Of a stretch of 63,365 nucleotides of DNA, positions 54,707 through 63,281 are shown piece after piece (the first letter of the stretch is position 1; each line of letters starts with the position of its first letter). The DNA is from an uncultured Pseudomonadales bacterium (GTDB lineage Bacteria; Patescibacteriota; Microgenomatia; UBA1400; MFAQ01), in contig CAYTOI010000005.1 of assembly GCA_964439805.1 (NCBI GenBank), positions 1-63,365 on the forward strand. The letters are read 5' to 3'. The notes under the pieces were generated by a model. That model ran no database searches, had not been told where the DNA came from, and worked only from the letters and a program-made list of their open reading frames with translations. A program made the translations under genes and the position numbers.

Positions 54707-55629
54707 TTGGAGGAAAATTTTCGCACCAATTTGTGATAAATGGATTCGGATTTGGTTTTGCTGGAGTTGATTTTGAAAGTGAGGAACCAGTAGCGAAGTT
54801 CTTTGAACTTGTTTAGGAACACCTCTGTCCAAATACTCGCGAACTGATTTTCGGAAACTTTTTTGTTTCCTTGAGTTTGCCAGATTTTTAGATAGACAAG
54901 CAGAATGGCAAAAAATTGCAAAACAGAAACGATAAAACCATGAAGTCCATCTTTGTAGCCTTCTCCGGCAAAGAAGCGAGATAAAAATTCACCAATGGGT
55001 TTGCTGATTAAATCTTTTGTTTCAAATTGGTAGCCTGCATCCATGAGCTCTTTGGCCTGAAGATCGGCATATCGCATAGAGCGAAGAATAAATTCTTCCA
55101 CGGAGTTGTAATGGAAGTGCTCTATGGCGAGGTCTTCTGATTCTTTTAGATTTGTTCCCGTACCTTCGGTAATTGGGACGGAGTGAATCTCATCTTGCCA
55201 AGTGACTACCCCTCGTTTAAAAAAGCGAACATTGTAATCTGGCCACCAACGAGAGTGTTGCATCCATTGACCAAAAATAATGTTTTTGCGAGGAACTCTG
55301 ACAAAGTCTGTTTCGTCTGCTTCGGCTACTTTTACCAGTTCCTTGGCTAAGGTTTTTGGAATTACTTCGTCGGCATCTACTATGAGTATCCAATCGCCAA
55401 GTGCCTTACTGATGGCCATGTTGCGAGCTGGCTCCACGTAGCCTACGTTTTTGTGAGAATAAATTTTGTGAGTGTATTTTTTGGCTAGAGCTACAGTTTC
55501 ATCCTCTGACTCCATATCAACGACGATTATTTCGTCACAAAACTCTAAGCCTTTTAAGCAACGCTCAATGTTTTTTTCTTCGTTACGTGTATTTACGACG
55601 GCAGAGATTTTTATTTTTGAAGTGGCCAT
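54703..55629 (-). CDS. GT2 glycosyltransferase (WaaE/KdtX-like subgroup)
   Basis: 308 aa. Motifs: 'ISAVVNTRNEEKNIERCL', 'IIVVDMESEDET', 'IVDADE', C-terminal 'EGYKDGLHGFIVSVLQ'. Confidence 0.8.
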   Translation of the reverse strand: MATSKIKISAVVNTRNEEKNIERCLKGLEFCDEIIVVDMESEDETVALAKKYTHKIYSHKNVGYVEPARNMAISKALGDWILIVDADEVIPKTLAKELVKVAEADETDFVRVPRKNIIFGQWMQHSRWWPDYNVRFFKRGVVTWQDEIHSVPITEGTGTNLKESEDLAIEHFHYNSVEEFILRSMRYADLQAKELMDAGYQFETKDLISKPIGEFLSRFFAGEGYKDGLHGFIVSVLQFFAILLVYLKIWQTQGNKKVSENQFASIWTEVFLNKFKELRYWFLTFKINSSKTKSESIYHKLVRKFSSK

Positions 55630-55637
55630 GTGAGTTA

Positions 55638-55643
55638 ATTATA
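55638..55643 (-). promoter_or_regulatory. Consensus -10 hexamer TATAAT, 8 nt upstream of the ATG at 55629
   Basis: The minus strand reads GTCATATAATTAACTCAC-ATG within the 30-nt gap after the 55660 stop. No SD. Confidence 0.3.
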
Positions 55644-55659
55644 TGACAATTGGCACATA

Positions 55660-58617
55660 CTAATAATTTAGTTTGTAGATGCTAACTTCGCCAGAGGAGA
55701 ATATCTTAGTTAGAGGAATATTGGCAGGGTCAAAGGTCATTTTTTGGATTGGAGTTTCGACGATGTATGTGATGTTGTTTTTACTTAGGAACTCTTTAGC
55801 CCAGACCGTGTCCAGGGTATTATAAAAACGGTTGACACTATTAGCTTTTGTTTTGTAGTCGATACCGGTAATATCCAGATTAATAGTGTCTGAGAGAAAT
55901 TCTTTTTGGCCACTCAGTGCTGAAATGTATGATGAAGAAACATAATCGTAAAGTGGCTGTGGTGCAGCAAGGAAGGACCAATTTGGATGGATGGGAGAAA
56001 GTACAATTCCCCAGGGTTGTCTGGAGAGCTGCTCCAAAGCACTTAGCTCCACGTAGGTGACTCTGGCAGTAGAGTTTGTAGTTGCATAGTCTGCCAAAGT
56101 ACCGACGCTGCCAAAAGTGCCCATGAGAATGAGAATAAAAGTAAGCAAGGATTTTTTGCTAAAGAAACTGGCGGTATAAAAACTTAAGAAAAATAAGCCG
56201 TAGTACAAAAACTGAATACTGTTCCAAGGATTTACTCTTTGGACAAATAAGAGAGGTAAAACTAGTGAGCAAAAAATTATGGACTTGAGCAATCCATCCA
56301 GGCCACCTTGAACTTTTTCTTTAATTACCTGATACAAACCAAATACTCTAACCCCTAGATTGCCAATTATAAAAACAAGCAAGGCAAAACTGTTTAGAAC
56401 AAATAGTTTTGCAAAAGCTCCCGTGGCCTCGTAAACCTGCCAAGCCTCTGCTGCCTTTTGCCAATAGGCTCTATCAGAGGACTCGAACATGGATTTTAAA
56501 AACCAAAGTGGTTGAAAAATAAATGGTGAAGCGCCAACCTTGGTAAAGGGAATACTAAGTAACAACCCACCTACTCCTACAAGAGCAACCAGAACAAGAT
56601 CTACTCTGAGAGCTAAGCCAAGGCAGAGAAGGATAAAAGCGTAAACTTTTGTTTGGGCCAGGAGAGAACCAAATAGAACTAGCCAGATATAGTCTTTTAT
56701 CACTTTGTTTTCTTTGGCGTAGATATTTAAGAAAGCCAGTAAAAAAACCAAAGACAAAACAAAAGGAGGATTGAGAAACATTGAAACAGATTGATTTGCC
56801 CAAAAAGCAGACTCACCGCCAAAAACAGAGCCACTTTGGAAAAACCTGAGAATGTACCCAAACGAACTTCCAAGAAACATAAAAACAAGCGCTATCCCTT
56901 TTTGGAACTCATTCAGCTTCATTTGTTTAAAAAGCTGAAGTGATAACTTAAGAATGAAGATTCCGGCAATGATGGGAAAAACAACAAAGTAATAAAAAAT
57001 TAAGGGTGTGTGGGTGAGCTTGATAACTGTGGCACTTAAGTAAGCAAAAACGAAATGATAGTTACTGAGAACTTCTGAACTAATTTGGGGATGTGATAGA
57101 TTGAATGGCTCTAGAAGAAACTTATTGATTATCGACAAATGGAAGATGGCATCGTGACCATTTGGGCCCCAGAAACCCATCCCAAAAGAATATAGAAGTC
57201 CGCTGCGGAAGGTGGTAATACCGGCAACAGCAACCAAGAATAATCCTAAGATCGTCGGGTTATCTTTTTTTTTAAACAACAAATAGAGCAAGACTACAAT
57301 TAATACAAACCAGAAGAGAATGTTTAACTTGGAGGTGTTTTGGAAGGGAGAAAAATCTTGTGGGGTCCAAGTGACTGAGTTGTCTGTGTTTGCTACTTTT
57401 ATAAGGGAGTTATTTATACTAGGAGCTGACAAACCCTCAAAAATTAAACTATCTGGATTGAGAGTAATTTTTTCAGAATTATTTTGGAATTTTATGGACC
57501 AAAAATCGAAGTTCTTGAGGTAGTTGCTGAGTAGTGTGCCGCCTTTTTTGGCTATGCTGAGGTCGGTTTTTCCTTGTAAAACATTTTCCACTTTGTGGTA
57601 CACATCGTTCATCAAACTCGGTGTCGCAACGCTTGGTTCGTAGGAGTTGTGATTGTAGACATTAAGACTTACAAGCTCAACTGATTTTTCTGAGTCCGTA
57701 AAGACTAACTTATACCAAGGGCTTTGGTAAAGATAAGTAGTGGTGTTATCAGCATTAACTTTTTTGTAGAGGGACGCAGGTGAGCTTTCTGGATAGCGAG
57801 CCTTGAACCTGTCTGAAAAAGTGGAGTAGGTTACGAAATGTAAATTGTACTTGCCTTCTTCATTTGCCAAGCCCTTGAGAAAAGCTCTGTAGGTTTTTCT
57901 ATTTAGAGTTTTGGAACTGTTGTCGGTTTTTAAGTTTAATAGAGTAAATTCGTTAAGATATTTTTGACCGTAGTAGCCTAGGTCTTTGGCAACATTGAAG
58001 TTCTCTAAATCTACAGTTTCGGAAAAGGCTAAATTGATTCTTTCGTTGTAACTTTTGGCAGGTAAGTAATGATCTTTGCTGCTTGGGAAAAATGGCGCTA
58101 CAGAGTAAGCGCCATTTACGGATGGAGTTTCTTCGGCGTTCCTAGGTAGTGAGATTACACCTAAGACAGAGTATTTACTTTGGAGATATTGCAGAGAGTG
58201 AGCGTCGAAATTGTTGGCTGCAACTGTCTTTGGGTAACTTCCAAAAACTGAAAAAAAACTATTCATTGCCTCGTCCAAGATGACCTCTCGCTCTTTGGGC
58301 TGGAGGGACTGGAGTTCTACTCCCCCATAATTTTTGAGGAAAAGTCCAATTTCTTGGCGAGGGTCGCCTTTGCTTATTTTTTGGAAGTAGGCGGAGACAC
58401 TAGCGTTTTTGACAGCTGCTGAGGTAAGGACCCAAGTATTAAAAACACCAGAACGAGTAGACTCTTCGTAAACAATTTTGGGGACATCTAGAGGGTTTCC
58501 AGTTTGTTCTATGATATGAATTAAAGGAGTAAAGGTGTCTGCTTTAAAGGCTTCTACTTGAGAAACTCCAAAAAATAAACTAAACAAAATAACAATGGTA
58601 GTTAAAAACTTATACAT
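55660..58617 (-). CDS. Large bipartite envelope protein: signal peptide, about 430-aa extracytoplasmic domain, then about 12-TM domain with a C-terminal soluble tail (function unknown)
   Basis: My preferred start is the ATG at 58617 (MYKFLTTIVILFSLFFGVSQVEA...), which overlaps the upstream stop by 8 nt. The track's start at 58710 adds 31 aa inside the upstream gene. The TM block begins around 'LNILFWFVLIVVLLYLLF'. Confidence 0.45.
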   Translation of the reverse strand: MYKFLTTIVILFSLFFGVSQVEAFKADTFTPLIHIIEQTGNPLDVPKIVYEESTRSGVFNTWVLTSAAVKNASVSAYFQKISKGDPRQEIGLFLKNYGGVELQSLQPKEREVILDEAMNSFFSVFGSYPKTVAANNFDAHSLQYLQSKYSVLGVISLPRNAEETPSVNGAYSVAPFFPSSKDHYLPAKSYNERINLAFSETVDLENFNVAKDLGYYGQKYLNEFTLLNLKTDNSSKTLNRKTYRAFLKGLANEEGKYNLHFVTYSTFSDRFKARYPESSPASLYKKVNADNTTTYLYQSPWYKLVFTDSEKSVELVSLNVYNHNSYEPSVATPSLMNDVYHKVENVLQGKTDLSIAKKGGTLLSNYLKNFDFWSIKFQNNSEKITLNPDSLIFEGLSAPSINNSLIKVANTDNSVTWTPQDFSPFQNTSKLNILFWFVLIVVLLYLLFKKKDNPTILGLFLVAVAGITTFRSGLLYSFGMGFWGPNGHDAIFHLSIINKFLLEPFNLSHPQISSEVLSNYHFVFAYLSATVIKLTHTPLIFYYFVVFPIIAGIFILKLSLQLFKQMKLNEFQKGIALVFMFLGSSFGYILRFFQSGSVFGGESAFWANQSVSMFLNPPFVLSLVFLLAFLNIYAKENKVIKDYIWLVLFGSLLAQTKVYAFILLCLGLALRVDLVLVALVGVGGLLLSIPFTKVGASPFIFQPLWFLKSMFESSDRAYWQKAAEAWQVYEATGAFAKLFVLNSFALLVFIIGNLGVRVFGLYQVIKEKVQGGLDGLLKSIIFCSLVLPLLFVQRVNPWNSIQFLYYGLFFLSFYTASFFSKKSLLTFILILMGTFGSVGTLADYATTNSTARVTYVELSALEQLSRQPWGIVLSPIHPNWSFLAAPQPLYDYVSSSYISALSGQKEFLSDTINLDITGIDYKTKANSVNRFYNTLDTVWAKEFLSKNNITYIVETPIQKMTFDPANIPLTKIFSSGEVSIYKLNY

Positions 58618-60073
58618 GTTTGAGAGAAAAATAGTTTTTGGTAGTAATAAAAAATTGTTTGCCTTCGATAAACAAAACCGAGATTCCATAAATAGCAAAG
58701 GAGATAGCAAACAGAGCCAGAATAAAATAAGGGTTTTGGCCAGCTAGCCTTAAACTGGGATAAAGAAAAGCAGACATAACTAAACTGGAAATTACTGAAG
58801 TTTTTAAAATTTTTACAAAATTTAATTTAACGATCTTATTGGTTAAGAAAATTGTAACGTAAGAAGAAGTAGCAATAATTGCAGTTGCGTAAGCAGCCCC
58901 CATAAAGCCATACCTGGTAGCAAGTATTGGCATGGTCAGCCAGGTCAGTGATGTCCACATTAACATTAGTTTGAAGGTGACCTTGATATTGCCAGTGGCA
59001 TTTAGAAGATTGGTAAGGCTGGTAGAGATACTAGCCCAGCCGGAGTTATACAAATAAAAATACAAAGGAATAATGGCTGGTAACCATTTTTGGTATCTGG
59101 GGATAGCCATGGCTAAGGGTTGCGCTATAAAACCCATGCCGATAAGGATAGGGAAAATTACTAGTGTTAAATATTTAAGACTTACTTCCACAGCTTTGGT
59201 TAGCTGTTCTTTATCGTTTTGAAGTCTGGCAAAAGCAGGGAAAGAAACTTTTGAAAGATTGTCCATGACAATTCGTAGTGGCAAGCCAGACCATTTACTT
59301 GCCCAGCCGATGTAGCCTAAGCCAGAAGTACCGATGATTTTGGTAAGAAGAATGGTGATACCATCATCTTTGAGAATGGCGAGAATAGTATTTGTTTGGT
59401 ATGGAATACCAAACTTAAGGAGAGAGCTAAGTGACTCTCTGTAGATTCCAATCTGAGGCACCCATGGATAAACTATGTATACAGCAATGAGACCTACGAT
59501 ACCTCTAGCTAGAACTGCGTAAGAAAATGAATTAACGCCCATGCCATTTAGCGCGCAGTAAACAGCGACGATGTTGAAGACTAGGGTTTCTAAGACCTGA
59601 GGAATAATTAGCTTATTAAATTTAATTTCTCTCTCCAACATTATTGAAGGAATGGTTTTGAGAGAACTTAAAAGGAAAGAAGTTCCCATGGCAAAAAGCA
59701 AAAAGACACCATCACCATCCAAACTGTAGGTGCGTTTTAAAAATGGTGTCAAGAAATACAAAACAGTAAGAGAGGTTAAAACTAGAATTTGCTGAAGACT
59801 AAAAGTGGTGGCTAGATCTCTCCTGCTTAGCTGTCCTGACTTTTGCACCAACGCCGCAGCCAGACCAATGTCAGAGAAATAAGAGAGGAAGTTAACTACT
59901 GAAGAGACAAGATAAAAAATGCCGTAAGTTTGAGGATCTAAGTAGAGTGTAAGTACAAGAGTGGCTACAAAAGAGATGATTTGAACAATAAAGGTTCTGG
60001 ATATCAGAGCCAAGACACCAGAGACAGAACGAGTTTTTACTTCCGAGACTGTGAGAGTGTCGTTATTTTCCAT
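58610..60073 (-). CDS. MOP-superfamily polysaccharide/oligosaccharide flippase (Wzx-like)
   Basis: 487 aa with 12-14 TM segments. 'SGVLALISRTFIVQIISFVATLVLTLYLDPQTYGIFYLV...FSDIGLAAALVQK' is typical of the family. Confidence 0.8.
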   Translation of the reverse strand: MENNDTLTVSEVKTRSVSGVLALISRTFIVQIISFVATLVLTLYLDPQTYGIFYLVSSVVNFLSYFSDIGLAAALVQKSGQLSRRDLATTFSLQQILVLTSLTVLYFLTPFLKRTYSLDGDGVFLLFAMGTSFLLSSLKTIPSIMLEREIKFNKLIIPQVLETLVFNIVAVYCALNGMGVNSFSYAVLARGIVGLIAVYIVYPWVPQIGIYRESLSSLLKFGIPYQTNTILAILKDDGITILLTKIIGTSGLGYIGWASKWSGLPLRIVMDNLSKVSFPAFARLQNDKEQLTKAVEVSLKYLTLVIFPILIGMGFIAQPLAMAIPRYQKWLPAIIPLYFYLYNSGWASISTSLTNLLNATGNIKVTFKLMLMWTSLTWLTMPILATRYGFMGAAYATAIIATSSYVTIFLTNKIVKLNFVKILKTSVISSLVMSAFLYPSLRLAGQNPYFILALFAISFAIYGISVLFIEGKQFFITTKNYFSLKHV

Positions 60074-61760
60074 TTTGTTTGCGGAAGAAGTAAATGAGAT
60101 AGCCGAAAGAGACTAAGCTTAAAATGTCTGACAATAAGCGGACTGGTGTGAGCCAGATTTTTGCTTCTACAAAACTGTCTGGAGTGTTTAGATTCACAAT
60201 TACTCTACCCAAGTCAGCATCCATTTCGGTTTTTACCTTTTTCCCATTTACGTAAACATCTAAACCCTGATAGGTATAAAGCGGAAGCATGACTTTGGCT
60301 GTGGGAGTAGAAAGTTTGAAATTAAATTTTTGCCAGTTGGAACCAGAAGTAAAATTCATTACAGAACCGTTTCCTTCCAAAACTCTTGGAATTGTAAAAG
60401 CTGGGTCTCCTGGAGGTCTGCTAGCAGTACGAGGTAAGTAGTCAAAAATACCACCGGTAACCTGATTTTCCCAAGACAAACCTGAGAGTTTTTCCTCTAT
60501 AGTGACTCTAAGGTGCCGATCGACTCGGAAGAAAGTAACGTTGTAAGAAATTATGGCGAGAGAAAGTGAGGCCAGTAAAACGGTTTTTTGTTTTGGGGTT
60601 AAGGCGACCGTAAAAAGAAAACCTGCAGAAAAAGAAAAATAGAAAACAATAAGAGCTACAAGCCTCCATGGGAACTGAGAAAACTGTAAAAGCTTTATGT
60701 GATCCCAAAGAAAGACGGATCTGCTGTGAGTAAGAAAGGCATATCCCAAACCAGCAAAAATCATAAAGAGGACGGAAAGAGAAAGTGCTTTGTTTTTCTT
60801 GAAACTAAACAGAGCTAGACCACCTGCAAGGAAAGCAAAAACCCACTGCATAATGCCGACAGAAAAAGACATACCGTCTTTTGGACCCCAAGTGGAACCA
60901 CCGTAACCCCAAAACTGGGAAATGAAAAGTTGCTTGAGATCGGCAAAGTGGGCTAGATAGTTGAAGTAGCCGACCATCATAGAGTCGACGTGAACAAATT
61001 TTTGTTCAAACACTACAGGAATAAAGAAAAAGGCTGAAAGAGATACACCGAGAATTCCTGAGTACAATAGAGCCGTGATTGATTTGTAATTTTTGGTAGA
61101 AATTATCCAGTAGAGTGCCCAGATAGCGGCAGTGGGAGCAAAGACCATAGTCATGACGTTGTGAGAAGTTAGCTGGAGAGCCAAATATATTCCAAGGAAA
61201 ACAAAGTTTTTCTTTTCTTTGGTGTTTTTTATCAGTTTGTAAATGTAAAGCAAAACAAATGGAAACCATGCCATGCCCCACGCTTCGTTTAGAGCACCTC
61301 TAACGTAAATATCTACAGAGTGATATGGCGCGTAAATGTAGAGAATAGCTGAGAAAAAGCCTCCCCAGATGCCAAACATTTCTTTGGCAAGTAGATACAT
61401 GCCAATTCCAGAAACAACAAAAGCTAGGGCAAACATGATTTTTACCGACCAAAAAAGACCAGCTCCGAGGAGATTGAGGAGCTCCATGGGGTAATAAGGC
61501 ATCGGAGGATAAAACTGCATTAGAGGGTAGCCGTAGCCAAAACCGGCATCTGGCACCCAACGACAAGGGAACTGGAGGTCTTTGACGCATTTATCGAGCT
61601 CAAAGAGACGGAAAAACTGGAGATCATCGTGCATAGGAAAGAACCCAGGCTTAAGGAGGTCAGAAAAGGCTGGGATGCTAAGGATAAAGATCGCTATAAT
61701 TGGCCAGTAGAGGCGTAAACTGAGCCTGATTTTCTTAAAAATTGCCAAAACAAGTTCCAT
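60063..61760 (-). CDS. PTPS-related-domain type polytopic membrane protein (GT-C-like), paralogue of 46557..48104
   Basis: 565 aa. 'MHDDLQFFRLFELDKCVKDLQFPCRWVPDAGFGYGYPLMQFYPPMPYYP' and the C-terminal beta-rich domain 'LPLYTYQGLDVYVNGKKV'. Confidence 0.7.
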   Translation of the reverse strand: MELVLAIFKKIRLSLRLYWPIIAIFILSIPAFSDLLKPGFFPMHDDLQFFRLFELDKCVKDLQFPCRWVPDAGFGYGYPLMQFYPPMPYYPMELLNLLGAGLFWSVKIMFALAFVVSGIGMYLLAKEMFGIWGGFFSAILYIYAPYHSVDIYVRGALNEAWGMAWFPFVLLYIYKLIKNTKEKKNFVFLGIYLALQLTSHNVMTMVFAPTAAIWALYWIISTKNYKSITALLYSGILGVSLSAFFFIPVVFEQKFVHVDSMMVGYFNYLAHFADLKQLFISQFWGYGGSTWGPKDGMSFSVGIMQWVFAFLAGGLALFSFKKNKALSLSVLFMIFAGLGYAFLTHSRSVFLWDHIKLLQFSQFPWRLVALIVFYFSFSAGFLFTVALTPKQKTVLLASLSLAIISYNVTFFRVDRHLRVTIEEKLSGLSWENQVTGGIFDYLPRTASRPPGDPAFTIPRVLEGNGSVMNFTSGSNWQKFNFKLSTPTAKVMLPLYTYQGLDVYVNGKKVKTEMDADLGRVIVNLNTPDSFVEAKIWLTPVRLLSDILSLVSFGYLIYFFRKQNGK

Positions 61761-61767
61761 TAAGATG

Positions 61768-61773
61768 ATTATA
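61768..61773 (-). promoter_or_regulatory. Consensus -10 hexamer TATAAT, 7 nt upstream of the ATG at 61760
   Basis: The minus strand reads CTCCTATATAATCATCTTA-ATG in the 48-nt intergenic gap. No SD and no clear -35. Confidence 0.35.
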
Positions 61774-61808
61774 TAGGAGTAACAAATTTAATGCTTGCCT
61801 AGCGGTAA

Positions 61809-63281
61809 TTACTTGAGCTTGAAGAACTGGAGGGAGTCGAAGGTGCCGTCATCGTTTTTGAACTTGGGGTACTCCTTGATGAGCTCCAACTTGGCTAGAT
61901 CTACTGGCTCTAGCTTGTTCCGGCTGCTGTTGATGACGAAGAATCTTTCGTTGGATTTTGCGGTGCTCAGGAGGCCTTCTGGGAGCCTTTTGGCTATGGG
62001 GTCTGAGCCTACAACAGTGATATTCGGATAGCTTTGGGTATAAATCTGGAGACCGTCTGGAAGTGTACCGAAGAAACCTTCGGTAAAGACTACGGATTTT
62101 TTACCTTGGTTATGAAGATCTATTAAGTAACTTGCGATTTCTTTTTGACCCCAGCCTGAAGTCCAACCTCTGTAGTAGCCTGAGGACATGTCGTATGGAA
62201 GCGGAGCGTTTGAAGGTGAATATAGATTCCACAAAGAAAGAGTTAAAGGAATAGCAAGCAAAAGATAGAGAAGAACTGGTTTAAGCTTGGAAAGTCCAAG
62301 AGCGGCAAGAGGAATGAGGGGGTAAACTGCAAAGAGGATGTAACGGCTGGTAAAGACTTTGGCGACAGATGAAAGTCCCAAAAGTGGAAGTATGGAACAA
62401 AGAAGTAATAGATAAAAATATTTTTTGTTGTCAGCTATTTTGTAACTTAAAAATACTCCTATTAAAGCTGTGGGGGTCAACAATATCCAGAGCCAACTCC
62501 AAACAGTTTTGAGGTTCCCTACTATGGGAGTTTGAGGATGAGACAAAACTTCTTTGAAAGTGTAAACATAATCCAAGTTCCTACTACCTGCCATAGCTGA
62601 GTTTGGACCTAGTTTGAGAATGGCGTTTAAACCTTGAGAAATTACTAGAATATAAAAAGCACCGATAACTAGAGGAACCAAAGTTTTTAGATTTTCTTTT
62701 TTGAAATTAAGATTAAAAAAGGCTAACAAGAAAATCCAAAGATAATAAATAATGGCTGGAGACTTGGTAAGGAGCCCTGCGCCAATGGCTATACCTGTCA
62801 GCATGGCCCAGTCTAAGCTTCTCCTGTCCAAAAAATTTTTGAAAAAGACTAGAGACCATACCCCAAACATAGCAAGCAAGCTGTCTACTAGAGCCATGCG
62901 ATCGAAAAACACGGTAAAGGGTAAAACTGAATAGAGGGCGGCTGTGAGCAGGGAAACAAAAGTGTTACCGAAAAATAGCTGAGACAAAATGGCAAGACCG
63001 ACTGCTGAACCAAGACCACTAAGAGCTGATAAAGTTCTGGCAGCAACTAATGGATCTGAGATTACTTTGAAGAAAGGAATAGTGGCCCACATAAAAAGAG
63101 GTTGTTTACCGTCGCTCATAGGGAGAAAGCGAAGGGAGGCTTCGGCTCGCATGATTTGTGACCAGCGGACATAGATAGCTTCGTCGACAAAGACCGGGAC
63201 GGAGTAGATTTTTGAAAATCTTAAAAATACAAAAACGCAAAAAATCAAAATAAGGTAAATGGAAATTTTAGTTTTTGTCAT
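61809..63281 (-). CDS. ArnT/PMT_2-like GT-C glycosyltransferase (distinct from family A)
   Basis: 'VPVFVDEAIYVRWSQIMRAEASLRFLPMSDGKQPLFMW' with a first-loop DE. Polytopic, and lacks the family-A central FSPxFLF motif. The ATG at 63281 (MTKTKISIY...) is preferred over the TTG at 63293. Confidence 0.75.
   Translation of the reverse strand: MTKTKISIYLILIFCVFVFLRFSKIYSVPVFVDEAIYVRWSQIMRAEASLRFLPMSDGKQPLFMWATIPFFKVISDPLVAARTLSALSGLGSAVGLAILSQLFFGNTFVSLLTAALYSVLPFTVFFDRMALVDSLLAMFGVWSLVFFKNFLDRRSLDWAMLTGIAIGAGLLTKSPAIIYYLWIFLLAFFNLNFKKENLKTLVPLVIGAFYILVISQGLNAILKLGPNSAMAGSRNLDYVYTFKEVLSHPQTPIVGNLKTVWSWLWILLTPTALIGVFLSYKIADNKKYFYLLLLCSILPLLGLSSVAKVFTSRYILFAVYPLIPLAALGLSKLKPVLLYLLLAIPLTLSLWNLYSPSNAPLPYDMSSGYYRGWTSGWGQKEIASYLIDLHNQGKKSVVFTEGFFGTLPDGLQIYTQSYPNITVVGSDPIAKRLPEGLLSTAKSNERFFVINSSRNKLEPVDLAKLELIKEYPKFKNDDGTFDSLQFFKLK

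Noticed and set aside
57266-57274. A 9-nt homopolymer (T9 on plus, A9 coding KKK) in the 55660..58617 gene, and many A8/T8 runs elsewhere (for example 11117..11124 and 15446..15453), considered as slipped-strand phase-variation switches.
   Set aside because: Runs of 7-9 A/T are expected by chance at this base composition and mostly encode Lys or Phe runs. None is long enough (11-12 or more) or suitably placed (promoter spacer) to argue for phase variation from sequence alone.
53800-58710. Long N-terminal extensions in the ORF track (53946, 54832, 58710; also 45685 and 63293) that overlap the upstream gene by 26-146 nt.
   Set aside because: In each case an internal ATG sits at or within a few nt of the upstream stop and is followed immediately by the expected N-terminus (GT2 'xIS/IVIxT/N' strand or a signal peptide). 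The extensions have no homology to paralogues.
2060-63174. About 50 short ORFs (60-140 aa) in the six-frame track that lie antisense or out of frame inside long CDSs. Examples: 2060..2344, 3629..3958, 4572..4835, 11050..11340, 17455..17793, 18348..18704, 25878..26297, 34560..34931, 35169..35486, 41285..41641, 44939..45274, 61300..61590.
   Set aside because: Each is fully embedded in a much longer ORF that carries clear family motifs. Their translations are low-complexity or compositionally odd, with no start-site signals. They are what I expect from chance open frames, and I saw no evidence of overprinting.
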